A stretch of DNA of 64,000 nucleotides from Raja brachyura. Lineage: Eukaryota. Positions 21,100 to 33,744 of the stretch are shown piece by piece. A program made the position numbers and the translations under genes. Below the pieces are notes generated by a model. The model was not told where the DNA came from and did not search any database. It saw only the letters and a list, made by a program, of their open reading frames with translations. Location: positions 2,294,001 to 2,358,000 of the forward strand of contig OY740824.1 of the NCBI GenBank assembly GCA_963514005.1. Reading direction: 5' to 3'. How positions within the stretch are numbered: position 1 is the first letter of the stretch; each line of letters begins with the position of its first letter.

Positions 21100-21934
21100 G
21101 TTTAGACTGGGTCTGGAAATCTGTACCTGTCTCCCACGAGAACGGAATAAGCGGCAGGCAGAAACGATTCAGTTTGTTACAAAAATTACAAGCCTTGCCA
21201 TAGGCAGGGCACGTCGACCGTCTGTGGTGCATGCAGTTACAGTTAGGGCACCTTTTGGGGGGCACATCAGCAGGACCAGGGTTGGCACGCGGCAGAAAAG
21301 CATTGTTTCCCCTCTGAGGCAGGGCTCTACTAAATCCAGCCTGGTGAACAGACTTATCTCCCAAGTCCCGGTGATCATCTGGCAATACAACGACCTCAGA
21401 CAATCTGCAGGCATGCATGGCTATTTCTAACGTTAGATCCGGATCCCTAAGAAGCTCACATCGCAGCTTCTGGTCACGCATGCCAGTTACTAAAATGTCT
21501 CTAGTGAGCTGGTCTGTCATGTCACCGAAACGGCACCGCTGGGCGAGATAACGCAAATCGGCAATAAAACATTCAACAGGTTCCTCCGGCAGCTGTCTCC
21601 TTGTAAAGAACCGTGCCCTCTCTAGAATGCGGTTCGAGGGCAGGTCACAAATCTCCCTGAACTTACGTAGCAGGCAAGCAGGGTCACTGGCAGATTCTGC
21701 AGGGGTAACCACCACGTTGTTGTCCAGGACTGCTGGAGCATAGGCGAAAGTTCTGGCTCTCTTCATGGCATCAGGTCCGACAAGGTTAAGTAGGAGGGAG
21801 GCTTTGAGGGAGTCAGGATCATTGCGGTGAGCGACGTTGACAAAGTGGGTGAAATCAATTTCAAACGTAGCCCAGCGCTCAGAAATATCAGCATCAAAGA
21901 CAAGCTGCGCGGGCTTTCTGCACGAGGATGCCAT
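21092..21934 (-). CDS. gag: Gypsy Gag
   Basis: MASSCRKPAQLVFD...ERARFFTRRQLPEEPVECFIADLR..., knuckle CPNCNCMH...CPAYGKACNFC; in a different frame from pol. Confidence 0.88.
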   Translation of the reverse strand: MASSCRKPAQLVFDADISERWATFEIDFTHFVNVAHRNDPDSLKASLLLNLVGPDAMKRARTFAYAPAVLDNNVVVTPAESASDPACLLRKFREICDLPSNRILERARFFTRRQLPEEPVECFIADLRYLAQRCRFGDMTDQLTRDILVTGMRDQKLRCELLRDPDLTLEIAMHACRLSEVVVLPDDHRDLGDKSVHQAGFSRALPQRGNNAFLPRANPGPADVPPKRCPNCNCMHHRRSTCPAYGKACNFCNKLNRFCLPLIPFSWETGTDFQTQSKHA

Positions 21935-22028
21935 GGTCAGAGAGATAAAGCACAAAAGGCACAAATCAAATAAAAGAAATAAAACCCGATGGACAGGTAG
22001 GCGCAAGTATCTTCCAGCTCTGACACCA

Positions 22029-22231
22029 TGTAAATAAGCAATTTACAAACTCTAAAAGTGTTCAACACATTTTAATGATAGCACAAGGTATTACATACAT
22101 CCTCAAATACTGGCTACATTCTTCTAGTGAACCGTATCCAGGAAGGGGAAGGCGTTATGATTGATGTTAACTAGGCGGGGTTAATGGTACTGAGGTAACT
22201 ATGTTATTGGTTGCATGCAAAACCATCTACA
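22029..22231 (-). repeat. 5' LTR
   Basis: Direct repeat of 17526-17728, followed on the minus strand by the PBS. Confidence 0.95.
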
Positions 22232-24674
22232 GTCTTGTTGTCTGGCCCCTTGGGCAAGATTGACCATAATGTGGTTGAGTTCTTCATTAGGATGGAGAGT
22301 GACATAATTAATTCAGAAACAAGGGTTCTGACCCTTGAAAGGTAACTTTGAGGGTATGAGACGTGAATTGGCTAAGATAGACTGGCAATTGATTCTTAAA
22401 GGGTTGGCGGTGGATGTGCAATGGAAGGTATTTAAAGACTGCATGGATGAACTACAACAATTGTTCATCCCAGTTTGGCAAAATAATAAATCAGGGAAGG
22501 TAATGCATCCGTGGATAACAAGGGAAATTAGGGATAGTATCAAAACTAAAGATGAAACGTAAACATTAGCCAGAAAAAGCAGCTTACCAGAGGACTGAGA
22601 GAAATTCAGAGTCCAGCAGAGGAAGACAAAGGGCATAATTAGGAAAAGGAAAATAGATTATGAATGGAAATTGGCAGGGAACATGAAAACTGACTGCAAA
22701 AGTTTTTATAGATACGTGAAGAGAAAAAGATTAGTTAAAACAAATAGAGGTCACTTGCAGTCAGAAACGGGTGAATTGACCATGGGGAACAAGGACATGG
22801 CATCAAACATTTGAATAACTACTTTTGTTCTGGCTTCTCTCAGGAAGACATAAATAATCTGCCGGGGGACCAGGAGTTAAATGAGATAGAGTAAGTGAGT
22901 GAAATCCAGGTTAGCCGGGAAATGGTGTTAGGTAAATTGAATGGATTAAAGGCTGATAAATCCCCAGGGCCAGATAGGCTGCATCCCAGAGTACTTAAGG
23001 ATGTAGCCCCAGAAAAAAATGGATGCAATAGTGATACTTTTTCAAAACTCTTTTGATTCTGGAGTAGTTCCTGAGGATTGGAGGGTAGCTCATGTAACCC
23101 CACTTTTTAAAAAGGGGGGGGGGAGATAAAGCGGGGAATTACAGACAAGTCAGTCTAACATCGGTAGTGGGGAAACTGCTAGAGTCAGTTATTAGATGGA
23201 AAGTGGTGAAATCATTGGACAAAGTCAGCACGGATTTACGAAAGTTAACTCATGTCTGACAAATCTTATAGAATTTTTCGAGGATGCAACTGGTAGAGTG
23301 GATATGGGAGAACCAGTGAATGGGTTATATCTGGACTTTCAGAAGGCTTTCGACAAGGTCCCACATAAGAGATTAGTATACAAATTTAAAGCACACTGTA
23401 TTGGCGGTTCATGGATGGAGAACTGGCTGGCAGGATGCAAAGTGTAACAGTAAACGGCTCCTTTTCAGAATGGCAGGCAGTGACTAGTGGGGTACCGCAA
23501 GGCTCATTGCTGGGACCCCAGCTATTTAAATACATATTAATGATTTGGATGAGGGAATTAAATGCAACCTCTCCAAGTATGCGGATGACACGAAGCTGGG
23601 GGGCAGTGTTATCTGTGAGGAGGGTGTATTGCGTACAGTCTTGGTCTCCAAATCTGAGGAAAGACATTCTTTCCATAGAGGGAGCACAGAGAAGGTTCAT
23701 CAGACTGATTCCTGGGATGTCAGGACTTTCATATGAAGAAAAAACTAGATAGACTGGGCTTGTACTCGCTAGAATTTAGAAGATTGAGGGGGATCTCATA
23801 GAAGCGTACAAAATTCTTAAGGGGTTGGATAGGCTAGATGCAGGAAGATGGCTCCCGATGTTGGAGAAGTCCAGGACAAGTGGTCACAGTTTAAGGATAA
23901 GGGGGAAATCTTTTACAACCGAGATGAGAAAAACATTTTTCACACAGAGAGTGGTGAATCTCTGGAATCTCTGCCACAGAAGGTAGTTGAGGCCACTTCA
24001 TTGGCTATATTTAAGAGGGAGTTAGATGTGGCCATTGTGGCGAAAGGTGTCAGGGGTATGGAGAGAAGGCAGGTACAGGATACTGAGTTGGATGATCCGC
24101 CATGATCATATTGAATGGCGGTGCAGGCTCGAAGAGCCGGAATGGCCTACTCCAGCACCTATTTTATATGTTTCTATGTTTCTATGACAATAGATTTAAA
24201 CATCATGTTATATTGTGAATTCTTGTGTGAATGTTAGTTGGACACCTAGGCTGTTTAAAAATGTTAACCTTTTCTTAAGAAATGGATAGATGTTTAGATC
24301 TAGTAATTGAATTGTGTAATTAGCTACAATTAGGTAACTAATTCATTATATGCTTTAATTACAGGTTATCCAAGTAAGATTGTTTCGTATTTGTTTCAGA
24401 ATGCTTCAATCTATAATAACTGAACATGTCATTCAGTTCTCTTAATTTTTAAGAACGTTATCGGCTTTTGACTGTCGTTGATCACAGCTTTTGTGTTCAG
24501 TTAATGGAAAAGCAATAGGGAACAAGATGCTAATTTCCGAGTATGAAAATGGCCATACCTTTTTTTAATACTGACGATATGAAAGTGAATTAGGTGTCAA
24601 ATTAAACTTATTTTTATGCTTTATCGGATGGGATAAATTGCAGACTTGATTTTTTTAAATCTCAAAATTTTGTC

Positions 24675-24952
24675 ATATTCCTACAGTATGCAAACGGCCC
24701 CTTCGGTCCAGCGACTCCACGTCAATCATCAATCTATCACTCGCTCGCACTAGTTTTATGTTATCTTGCGTTCTGCGTATTAGAGGCAAATGTACAGAGG
24801 GCAATTGATGTTCATGCCAGCATGCCTTAGAGGAAACACACGTCGTCATAGGAAAAACATGCAAACTCCACACAAACAGTGGCCGTGGTTAGAATCGCAC
24901 CAGAGTCTCAGGCGCCGTGAGGTAGCGTTCTACCAGCTGCATTACTGTGCTG
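24675..24952 (-). mobile_element. Degenerate V-SINE
   Basis: AAACGGCCCCTTCGGTCCA...AACATGCAAACTCCACACAAACAG...GGCGCCGTGAGGTAGC. Confidence 0.6.
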
Positions 24953-26759
24953 ACACTTATTATCGTCACATGTATTGAGAACCAGTGAAAATATTTTGTT
25001 TGCATGCTATCCAATCTGGTCAGGTAATACTATACATAAATGCAACCAAGTCAAGTGCAAGTACAGCAGGTAGAGCGAAGAGAGTGCTGAATATAGTTTT
25101 CTAATCATGTAGCCATACAGTTTCAGAAAAAAAAACATCCAACGTCCGCAATGAAATTGCCTATAAAAATAAGGACTGTCCCCACACAGGACGCAACTCA
25201 CCAATGGAAGGATATTTCAGTCATCTGATAAAATCATAATAAAAAAACACAATATTCACAGCAACGTGGTCCTATACATTCAGAACTGGTTTACTGAGAA
25301 GATAGAGGGTTGTTCTTCTGACTGGGGGTCTGTGGCAATACTGGGGTGCACAGCTTTAAGCTGAAAGGTGTGGAATTCAAAGGTGGGTGCCTGGAACGCG
25401 CTGCCAGGTGTGGTGGTTGGGGCATATTGGTATTTAAGCTTTTTGATATGCAGGGAATAGAGAAATATAGATTGTGTGAAGGCAGTGGTGATGAGTTTCA
25501 TTTGGCATCGGTCCGCATGGACATTGTGGACCGCAAATACCTTTCCTGCGCTGTCGATTACTGTGGGCAATCGACCTTTGTTGATACACGTACAGAATGG
25601 CAACGTAATATTTTCCATTTGGTCTTGTTACTTCAAACACGTATCAAGCATCTTGTAATAGTAATGATATAATGTAATTATATTTAAAAGGTGTGCTTTC
25701 ATGTTTCATTCTAATGACGACGTTTTCAGATGATGTCTCTCGCTACGTGGCACAATCACAAAGTCACACCGCACAGGCAGAGATGCTTCATCCAGACGCA
25801 GACGTGTCGGCCAACCTGCCCTATCTGAGCCTGTCCTGTTTGTCCATGTTTGCCATTATCACTCCAAACCTTTCTTGCCCATGTACCTGCCCAAATGTCA
25901 CTAAAATCATGTTATTGTACGCGCCTCAAATGGCAACACATTCCATATTTCCACCTCCCTCTGTGCCCAAAGTCTTTTTTTTAAGGAAAATGGAACCAAG
26001 AACTAGACCGCAGATGTAAGATGAGAGCAGAAGGACTCTGCAGAATCCGAAAGGCATCTTCCTGTGAAGGCTGATGATGGATGCTGGTGAGAGAATGGCA
26101 CTGAAGAGCTCTATGATCGGGCCGTGGATATACATGGAATCGGGAATATTGATGGGAAAGATACACAAGAGAAACAGGGTATTCCGTTTATCGACACCAC
26201 GGAGACGATCGATCACCCATTCACACTAGTTCTACATTATCCTGCAAACTTCACGTGAGCAGATTAGTTTAACCTGGCATCATGTTCGGCCTACACAGCA
26301 TAGGCCGAAGGGTCTGTTCTTGTACTGCAGTGTGCTAGTTTAGATATAATTTTCCAACCTATTCTTAGTCCCTGCCCTTCTCTCCTTATCCCAATGCTTC
26401 TTAGTCCCTTTCATTCTCTCCTTATCCCAATGCATAACGTATTCCCCATCCGCAAATTTTCCCAACCGTTCCACTCAAATCTCTCCACTGGCAATAAATT
26501 TCACGTCATTGAAACTGCTTGTCGCATTACAATACATTTGACTCGTTTTCTCTTTAGTCTCATTTTAGTCCTGGTTTCATCTCTAACCATCTGCCAATCA
26601 ACACCCCCTCCCCCCTCACCACCTCATCCAGATTCAATTTTCCCGTGCCAGGCTCCCACGATTTTCCGCGTTCTCTCCCCAGCTACAATCAACCCTTTCG
26701 GGTTCAGGCCTCTTTTGACCATCCTAATTCCTTGATTATCTCTCATTTCCCCATTAAAT

Positions 26760-28960
26760 TGCAAGTGACTCGCTGAGAATAGCTTCCCATCCCTGACAAA
26801 CGGTCACTTATTTTCCCTCATCAGACCACCAATATCCTTTGTTCACCACGAAAGGTAACTTATTTGCTTCTTCCGCTAACTGCCACGCTGAGTCTGAACA
26901 GTTCTCTCACTTTTAAAAACCTTCAATCGTCACATGTTCGTTCCACTCTAGTAGCTGCACCCAGGCAGTCTTTATACCCATCAAATGATCCTAATGCAGA
27001 CATACCTGCCCTATCATTCCTGGACTCCCACTGGCTCAGATTTCCCGCCCTTCCGTTGATCCCCAATTACCTCTGCCCGTGTGTGCTGCAGGTCAGGCAA
27101 TCTGATCTGGTCACATTGTTGGGACATTTATATCTGACGTAATTCTGCAACACACCGTCGTCGGACCTCGTTGACCTTGCTAATTCATTGGTTCTCTCTC
27201 ATTTCCCCATTTCCCAAGAACTCCACCAGGTCTGATAGCCTGGCTATTTGCTTCCGTTCACCTATAATTGTGCCTGCTTCATCTCTCCACTTTTCTCTCA
27301 TTCTTCTGGGCAGTTTGTTAAAGATGATTTATTACTTACACGTGGCCGAGATTTCTCATCGAGATACAACAATTTCTCAGAAATATTGCACAATTACTCA
27401 ATGCCTCCCCATCTTCCGGCTTGATTCCTTTCCAAGCATGGGCCTTCTCCATGTATGCGATTGCAATTTTCCGTTCATCACCAAAACGTTATTTAAATAA
27501 TCTTCTTGCATTTTTATAGTGATGGTTGCCTTGCTCTTTCTGACAACTTTCTACAACCTCTTTCACACTTCCATTTGTGTACTTCACCAGAAATCATAAA
27601 GGCTCATTTTCATCCGTATCTTTCGTTTCTAATATTTATTCTACTGCCCTCATGAAAGCTTCATACTCCAAAGGATTTCCACCATACGTAGGAATTTCTA
27701 CTGCTGGTAGTATAAGAGAGGTATTCTGGCGAGCTATGATCTCATTGAATTCTATTTGCCTTTTCAACAGTGCCAATAATCCATCCTGATAAATCTGTTT
27801 TGGCTCCACCTGTTGATAAACAGGCCTTTGTGATTCAAACTGCTTTCCTCGAGACGGTCCACCAGACCTCGAAAACGCGTGGTCTACTATTGGTTTGACT
27901 CGAGCATCCACAGACGCTCGAACAGTGAATGATTTCGGTCTAGTTCTGTTCCAATGGATTTTGAATGCCTAGAAATCCAGTGGACATCGATTGTGGAATG
28001 GACCCAACTGCTAATTCACTTAGAGCAGTTTTTCGTATTGGTCCAGAGCTCATCGTCTTCGACGATCTAGAGCTGCATCTTGCTCAGCTTTACCTCCCTA
28101 TCGAGCAGAAGCCTTTACAACCGCACTGGCAAAAGAAGCACATTTATATCCTGAACTATCTGAGCTGCTAATGCAGTCTCCGCTGCTGCTGTCGGCTTTT
28201 TTGGCCGCAGACTTTGCAGGCAATAATGAAGGCCTGGCCTTTGCCTTTCGTAGTTGGACTTCGGTGGTCTTCAACTGAGGCTCTGCCCCGTTATTGTCCG
28301 AGTTGTCGTCTGACAAGTCACTGATTTCCATTTTTCTCACTCCTACGGCTGGTTTCGTCTTGGCCACGCCTACTTTTCCATTCTGAACCCTCTGAGGTGG
28401 TGCAGCACTGTAGAACCTTGTTGTGTTTTGGGTTTCGCAGGAGACTCATCATCTGAACTGTCAGACTCTTCACTGCTTTAATAGTCATCTTACATTCTGG
28501 CACCTTGTTGCTTCGCACTTCCAGGAACTTAGCTCGTAATTTGAATATAATTTCAGATAACCACGTCTCTGCCTCATCCATGAAATCATTAAATATCTTC
28601 AGCATGTCTTCCCACCACTGGATGTTTCTTCTGCGTTCTCCCCGAGACGGCTTGCCAACCTCCTGGTAGCGGTTCCATGATTGGCTCATATTAGATATCA
28701 ACTTGATCTCGTTCTGTTCTGATTCCAATATGTTTTCTGATTCTCAATTAATCTGGTAACCTGGCTCCATAAGTCGTTTCTCTCTTTCTCGGTTCTCTCA
28801 AACAGGCAGCTAGTGTATTATCTGTTTCTTCTCGGTACACGAGTTTTCTGTAGCTATCAATGGATTCCTTAACTTGCTCCCATATGGAGTTTTCCTTTTT
28901 AGGGGTTTATTTAAGTTGTCTGACTGGTCTTTCACCACCACCTCGTGGTCCTTCAGGCGC
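26760..28960 (-). mobile_element. Decayed BEL/Pao LTR retrotransposon gag region
   Basis: LPAVEIPTYGGNPLEYEAFMRAVE (DUF1759-type) and IIFNKLPRRMREKWRDEA...LSDLVEFL; many stops. Confidence 0.7.
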
Positions 28961-29619
28961 GGCACTTTCTTCATCTTCTGATTCCATAATTTTAAAGAGG
29001 TCTTGGCAGATCGCCAAGCCATTAAATTAATCGAAAAGAGTGTTCTTATTTAAGCTCTGGCTTTGTTTTGTCAACATTACTTTCAAAATCATAACATACT
29101 GATAATGTAGAGAACATCTCTCCAAAATCCATTGGCTAAAATATGACGATAATTCAAATGGAATGCGCTTACCTCTAGATTGATAACAATCCATGGTCGG
29201 CCTGGCTGGAATCTACTTTCTCCACACAAATGGAAACAACACGTTCTAAATCTGTTTAAGGAAGTCTATATTACTAGAACTAAGATGTTTACAACTTTCA
29301 GACTTTGTGTTTCGTTATTTCTGAAAGAACGCCGCCACTTACGACCATCATTTTTGGTCACCTCGCTCAGAGTTCCCCTCCGCCGGAGTGTACCTGAGGA
29401 TTTTTCCCATCGATGAAAAATCAGAGACTCATTAATGTTTTAAGAAATGTCGCCACTCTCGCTGCTGCCCCGGCTGGCGGCAGGGGGACGGGCTATAAAA
29501 CCCTGACATGTCGTCCCGCACTCAGTCTCTGCGAGATGGAGGAAGGGAGAGCGTCACGGCTCCCTAAGCTGCGAATAACACTGAACGCACGACTACTCGA
29601 CTGTGAGTCCCCTCGAAGT

Positions 29620-31336
29620 AGTTGTAAATTGTTTGCCAAATTGTTTGTCTTGGCGTTTTAAATGCCTTCAGAAAATGTATTGGTTGTAACGTGTTTGCCA
29701 AATTGTCTTTGTTTTAAAACGTTTTCAGAAAATGTATTGGTTTTAAAGTGTTTGCCAAATTGTCTTGGCTTTTTAAACGATTTCAGAAAATGGATTGGAT
29801 GTAAAGTGTTTGCCAAGTTGCCTTGGCTTTTAAAACGTTTTCAGAAAATGGATTGATTGTAAAGTGTTTGCCAAATTGCATTGGCTTTTAAAAAGTTTTC
29901 AGAACATTCATTGATTGTAAAATGTTTGCCAAATTGCCTAGGCTTTTAAACAGTTTTCAGAAAATGGATTGGTTGTAAAATGTTTGCCAAACTGCCTTGG
30001 CTTTTAAATAAAAAAATAGAAAAGGGATTGGTTGTAAAGTGTTTGCCAAATTGCCTGTCATGGATTTTAAAATCGTTGCAACAGTTTTAGGATGTATAAA
30101 GCGTGAGTAAAAGATACATTAGATCAGGACTGTATTTAATTGCGAACTTGGTGCTCATTCCGTGACTTCCGCTTAGTGGCAAGATGTAGCCGATGACGGC
30201 ATTTCCGGTTAGCGGTAAGATGGCACTGAGTGCATAATTTCCGGCTCGTGGCAAAATGGCGTTGACTGCAGAAGGCATAGTGAAGATGTCGTTGAATAAT
30301 TCAAGAGAGCTTACTGCTCTGTCTATGGTGAGTGTGTTTATTGGACGTTATTTAAAGGACGTTTTTGCTTCAGCAGCAGCAGCCTCTACAGGAGGCTTTA
30401 AACGTTTGAATCATTCGGTTTACACACTGTATGTTTACCATGTTCTGAAATTACATGGCATTTTAATATTGGTTATGAGTGTGTGTGTGTGTTTGCAGGA
30501 AATGTATTGGTTGTGAAGTGTTTCCCAAATTGCCTTGGCTTTTACAACTTTTTCAGAAAATCGGTCGCTTGTAAAGTGTTTGACAAATTCCATTGGCTTT
30601 TAAAAAGGTTCAGAACATGGATTGGTTGTAAAGTTTTTGCCAAATTGTCTTGGCTTTTGAAATGTTTTCGGAAAATGGATTGGTTGTAAATAGTCTGTCT
30701 TGGTTTTGAAAGTCGTTGGATCAGTTTTCGGATGGATAAAGCGTGAATACACATTTTATTTGATCAGGACTGTGTTTAATTGCAAAATTGGCGCTCATTC
30801 CGTGAATTCCGCTTAGTGGCAAGATGCAGCAGATGACGACATTACCGGTGAGCGGCAAGATGGCGCCGCGTGCGTCATGTGCGATTCGTGGCAAGATGGC
30901 GCTTACTGCAGAAGGCATGATGAAGACGTCGTTCAATAATTCAAGAGAGCTGTGAGTGTGTTTGCTGGATATAATTTAATGCACGTTTTTGCTTCAGCAG
31001 CAGCAGCGTCTACTGGAGGCTTTAAACGTTTGAACCATTCGGCTTATACACTGTATGTTTACCTCGTTCTGAAGTTACTAGTCATTTTAGTATTGGTTGT
31101 GAGTGAGTGTGCGTTTGTGTGCGTGTGTGTGTGTGGGGGGGGGGGTCTGTGTTTATGTGTGTGTTTTTGCAGAAAATGTATTGGTTGTAAAGTATTTGCC
31201 AAATTGCCTTGGCTTTTAAAACGTTTTCAGAAAATAGATCGGGTGTAAAGTGTTTGCCAAATTGTCTTCCCTTTTACAATTCTTGAATCATTCCGTTTGC
31301 ACACTGTATGGTTCAACGCGTTCTGAAGTTATTTGG
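29620..31336. repeat. ~59-bp tandem repeat within a ~640-bp higher-order duplication
   Basis: TTTTCAGAAAATGGATTGGTTGTAAAGTGTTTGCCAAATTGCCTTGGCTTTTAAAACG repeated at 29620-30085, 30495-30720 and 31165-31290; block 30085-30490 recurs at 30725-31105. Confidence 0.9.
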
Positions 31337-31475
31337 NNNNNNNNNNNNNNNNNNNNNNNNNNNNNNNNNNNNNNNNNNNNNNNNNNNNNNNNNNNNNNNN
31401 NNNNNNNNNNNNNNNNNNNNNNNNNNNNNNNNNNNNNNNNNNNNNNNNNNNNNNNNNNNNNNNNNNNNNNNNNNN
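31337..31475. other. Assembly gap (N run) followed by (GT)n
   Basis: Ns, then a GT microsatellite at 31476-31608. Confidence 0.99.
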
Positions 31476-31609
31476 TGTGGGGGTGGCTGTGTGAGTTTGT
31501 GTGTGTGTGTGAGCCTGTGTCTGTGTGTGAGTCTGTGTGTGAGTGAGTGTCTGTGTGTGTGTGTGACTCTGTGTGTGTGAGTCTGCGTCTGTGTGAGTGT
31601 GTGTGTGTA

Positions 31610-33206
31610 GAGTGGGTTGCAAACGTTTTCATACCCCTTGAACTTTTGAATTTTGTCACGTTATAAACACAAACGTAAATGTGTTTTATGGGGATTTTAT
31701 GTGATAGACCAACACAAAGTGGTGCATAATTGTGAAGGAAAATTATACATGGTTTCCAAATGTTATTACAAATAATAAACTGAAAAGTGTGGCGTGCAAA
31801 AGTGCTCACCCCCCTGAGTCAATACTTTGTCGAGCCACCTTTCGCTGCAATTAGAGCTGCAAGTCGTTTGGGATATGTCTCTACCAGCTTTGCACATCTA
31901 GAGACTGACATTTTTTTCCCATTCTTCTTTGCAAAATAGCTCAAGCTCAGTCAGATTGGATGGAGATCGTCTGTGAACAGCAATTTTCAAGTCTTGCCAG
32001 AGATTCTCAATTGGATTTAGGTCTGGACTTTGACTGGGACATTCTAGCACATGAATATGCTTTGATCTAAACCATTCCATTGTAGCTCTAGCTATATGTT
32101 TAGGGTCCTTGTCCTGCTGGAAGGTGAACCTCCGCCCCAGTCACAAGTCTTTTACAGACTCTGAAATGTTTTCTTCCAAGATTGCCCTGTATTTGGCTCC
32201 ATCCATTTTTCCATCAACTCCGACCAGCTTCCCTGTCCTTTCTGAAGAAAAGCATCCCCACAGCATGATGCTGCCACCACCATGTTTCACATTGGGGATG
32301 GTGTGTTCAGGGTGATGTGCAGTGTTAGTTTTCCGACACACAAAGCGTTTTGCATTTAGGCCAAAAACGTCAATGTTGATCTCATCAGACCAGAGCACCT
32401 TCCTCCACATGTTTTCTGTGTCCCCCACATGGCTTATGGCAAACTGCAAACGGGACTACTTATGGCTTTGTTTCAACAATGGCTTTCTTCTTGCCACTCT
32501 TCCATAAACGCCCAATTTGTGGAGTGCACGACTAATAGTTGTCCTGTGGACAGATTCTCCCACCTGAGCTGTGGATCTCTGCAGCTCTTCCAGAGTTCCA
32601 ATGGGTATCTTGGCTACTTCTCTGATCAATGCTCTCCTTGCCCGGCCTGTCAATTTAGGTGGACGGCCATGCCTTGGTAGGTTTGCAGTTGTGCCATACT
32701 CTTTCCATTTTCGGATGATGGATTGAACAGTGATCCGTGAGATGTTCAAAGCATGGGATATTTTTTATAACCTAACTCTGCCTTAAACCTCTCCACAACT
32801 TTAACCCTGACCTGTCCTTGGGCTTCATGATGCTGTTTGTTCATTAATGTTCTCTAAGCATCCTCTGAGGCCTCCACAGAACAGCTGTATTGATACTGAG
32901 ATTAGATCACACACAAGTGGACTCTATTTACTAATTAGGTGACATCTGAAGGCAATTGGTTGCACTGGATATTATTTAGGGGTATTAAAGTAAAGGGGAC
33001 TGACTGCGTTTGCACGCCACACTTTTCAGCTTTTTATTTGAAAAAAAATTGAAAACCATGTATCATTTTCCTTCTACTTCACAATTATGGACCACTTTGC
33101 GTTGCTCTATCACATAAAATCCCAATAAAATATATCTACGTTTGTGGCTGTAACGTGACAAAATCTGGAAAAGTTCATGGGGTATGAAAACGTTTGCAAG
33201 CCAAGT
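31610..33206 (-). mobile_element. Tc1/mariner DNA transposon (DD34E), decayed, ~200-bp TIRs
   Basis: TIRs TTGCAAACGTTTTCATACCCC / GGGGTATGAAAACGTTTGCAA; transposase [40 protein letters not shown] in three frames. Confidence 0.93.
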
Positions 33207-33744
33207 GGACAACGATGGGCAAGCTCCCACTGAAGAATAGAACCTCTTCACTCCACCCTCTCTCTGTCAAACTGTCCCTTTAACCCAACCTACCCTCTTA
33301 CTCGACTGCCTCTCCCTCCGTTTCTCTGTATCTCTCTGACACTTCACTCTCTCCCTTGTGCCAACCAACTCCATTCCCTTTTCATATTCCCACCCTACCT
33401 TTGATTTTTCACCATCTCTTCCCTTTTCGTCTCCCACGCTATCTCTCCCTTTCATCTTTATACTGATCTGTCTCTCTCCTTTTTGTGCAACTCACCTTCT
33501 GCTCGCCTTCGCCTCTCTCTCCAACGCCTTTTTTACGAAGTGCGGTTAACATGGGATGTAAAGTTGAAGCAGGGAGTGGCGGGCGAGATTGTGTACCATA
33601 TTTGAAGATGGCCGACTTATGCCACCGAAGGGCGAAAAAATAGCCGGTTCGCACACTGTATGCACGAAAAATCACGACCCCCACCCCACTTATCCAGAGT
33701 ATGCATGATGGTCAACATCTACACCGGTGGTGGTTTTTCAGATC

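Larger units (their letters stand above)
17526..22231 (-). mobile_element. Complete Ty3/Gypsy (Mag-like) LTR retrotransposon
   Basis: 203-bp LTRs at 17526-17728 and 22029-22231 (TG...CA), identical by eye; TSD GTCTT at 17521-17525 and 22232-22236; PBS TGGTGTCAGA (tRNA-Leu-like) at 22028-22019; PPT AGGGGAAGGA at 17738-17729. Confidence 0.97.
15580..24186 (+). mobile_element. Near full-length decayed CR1 LINE (ORF1 Zn-finger/esterase, ORF2 APE-RT), split by Gypsy element
   Basis: ORF1 CSECQMWE..CARC, VLIGNSIV, VVVHIGTND, KKDGLHLN; APE LCLNARSIRNK, IVGITETWL; RT YLDFQKAFDKVPH, GVPQGS, YADDTKL; internal deletion at ~23625; tail at 24165-24186. Confidence 0.92.

Noticed and set aside
29620-30085. 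Regular repeats resembling a CRISPR array
   Set aside because: Contiguous ~59-bp tandem units with no unique spacers, eukaryotic context and no cas genes.
31250-31809. ORFs containing X runs (also 40044-40559)
   Set aside because: They span assembly gaps and microsatellites.
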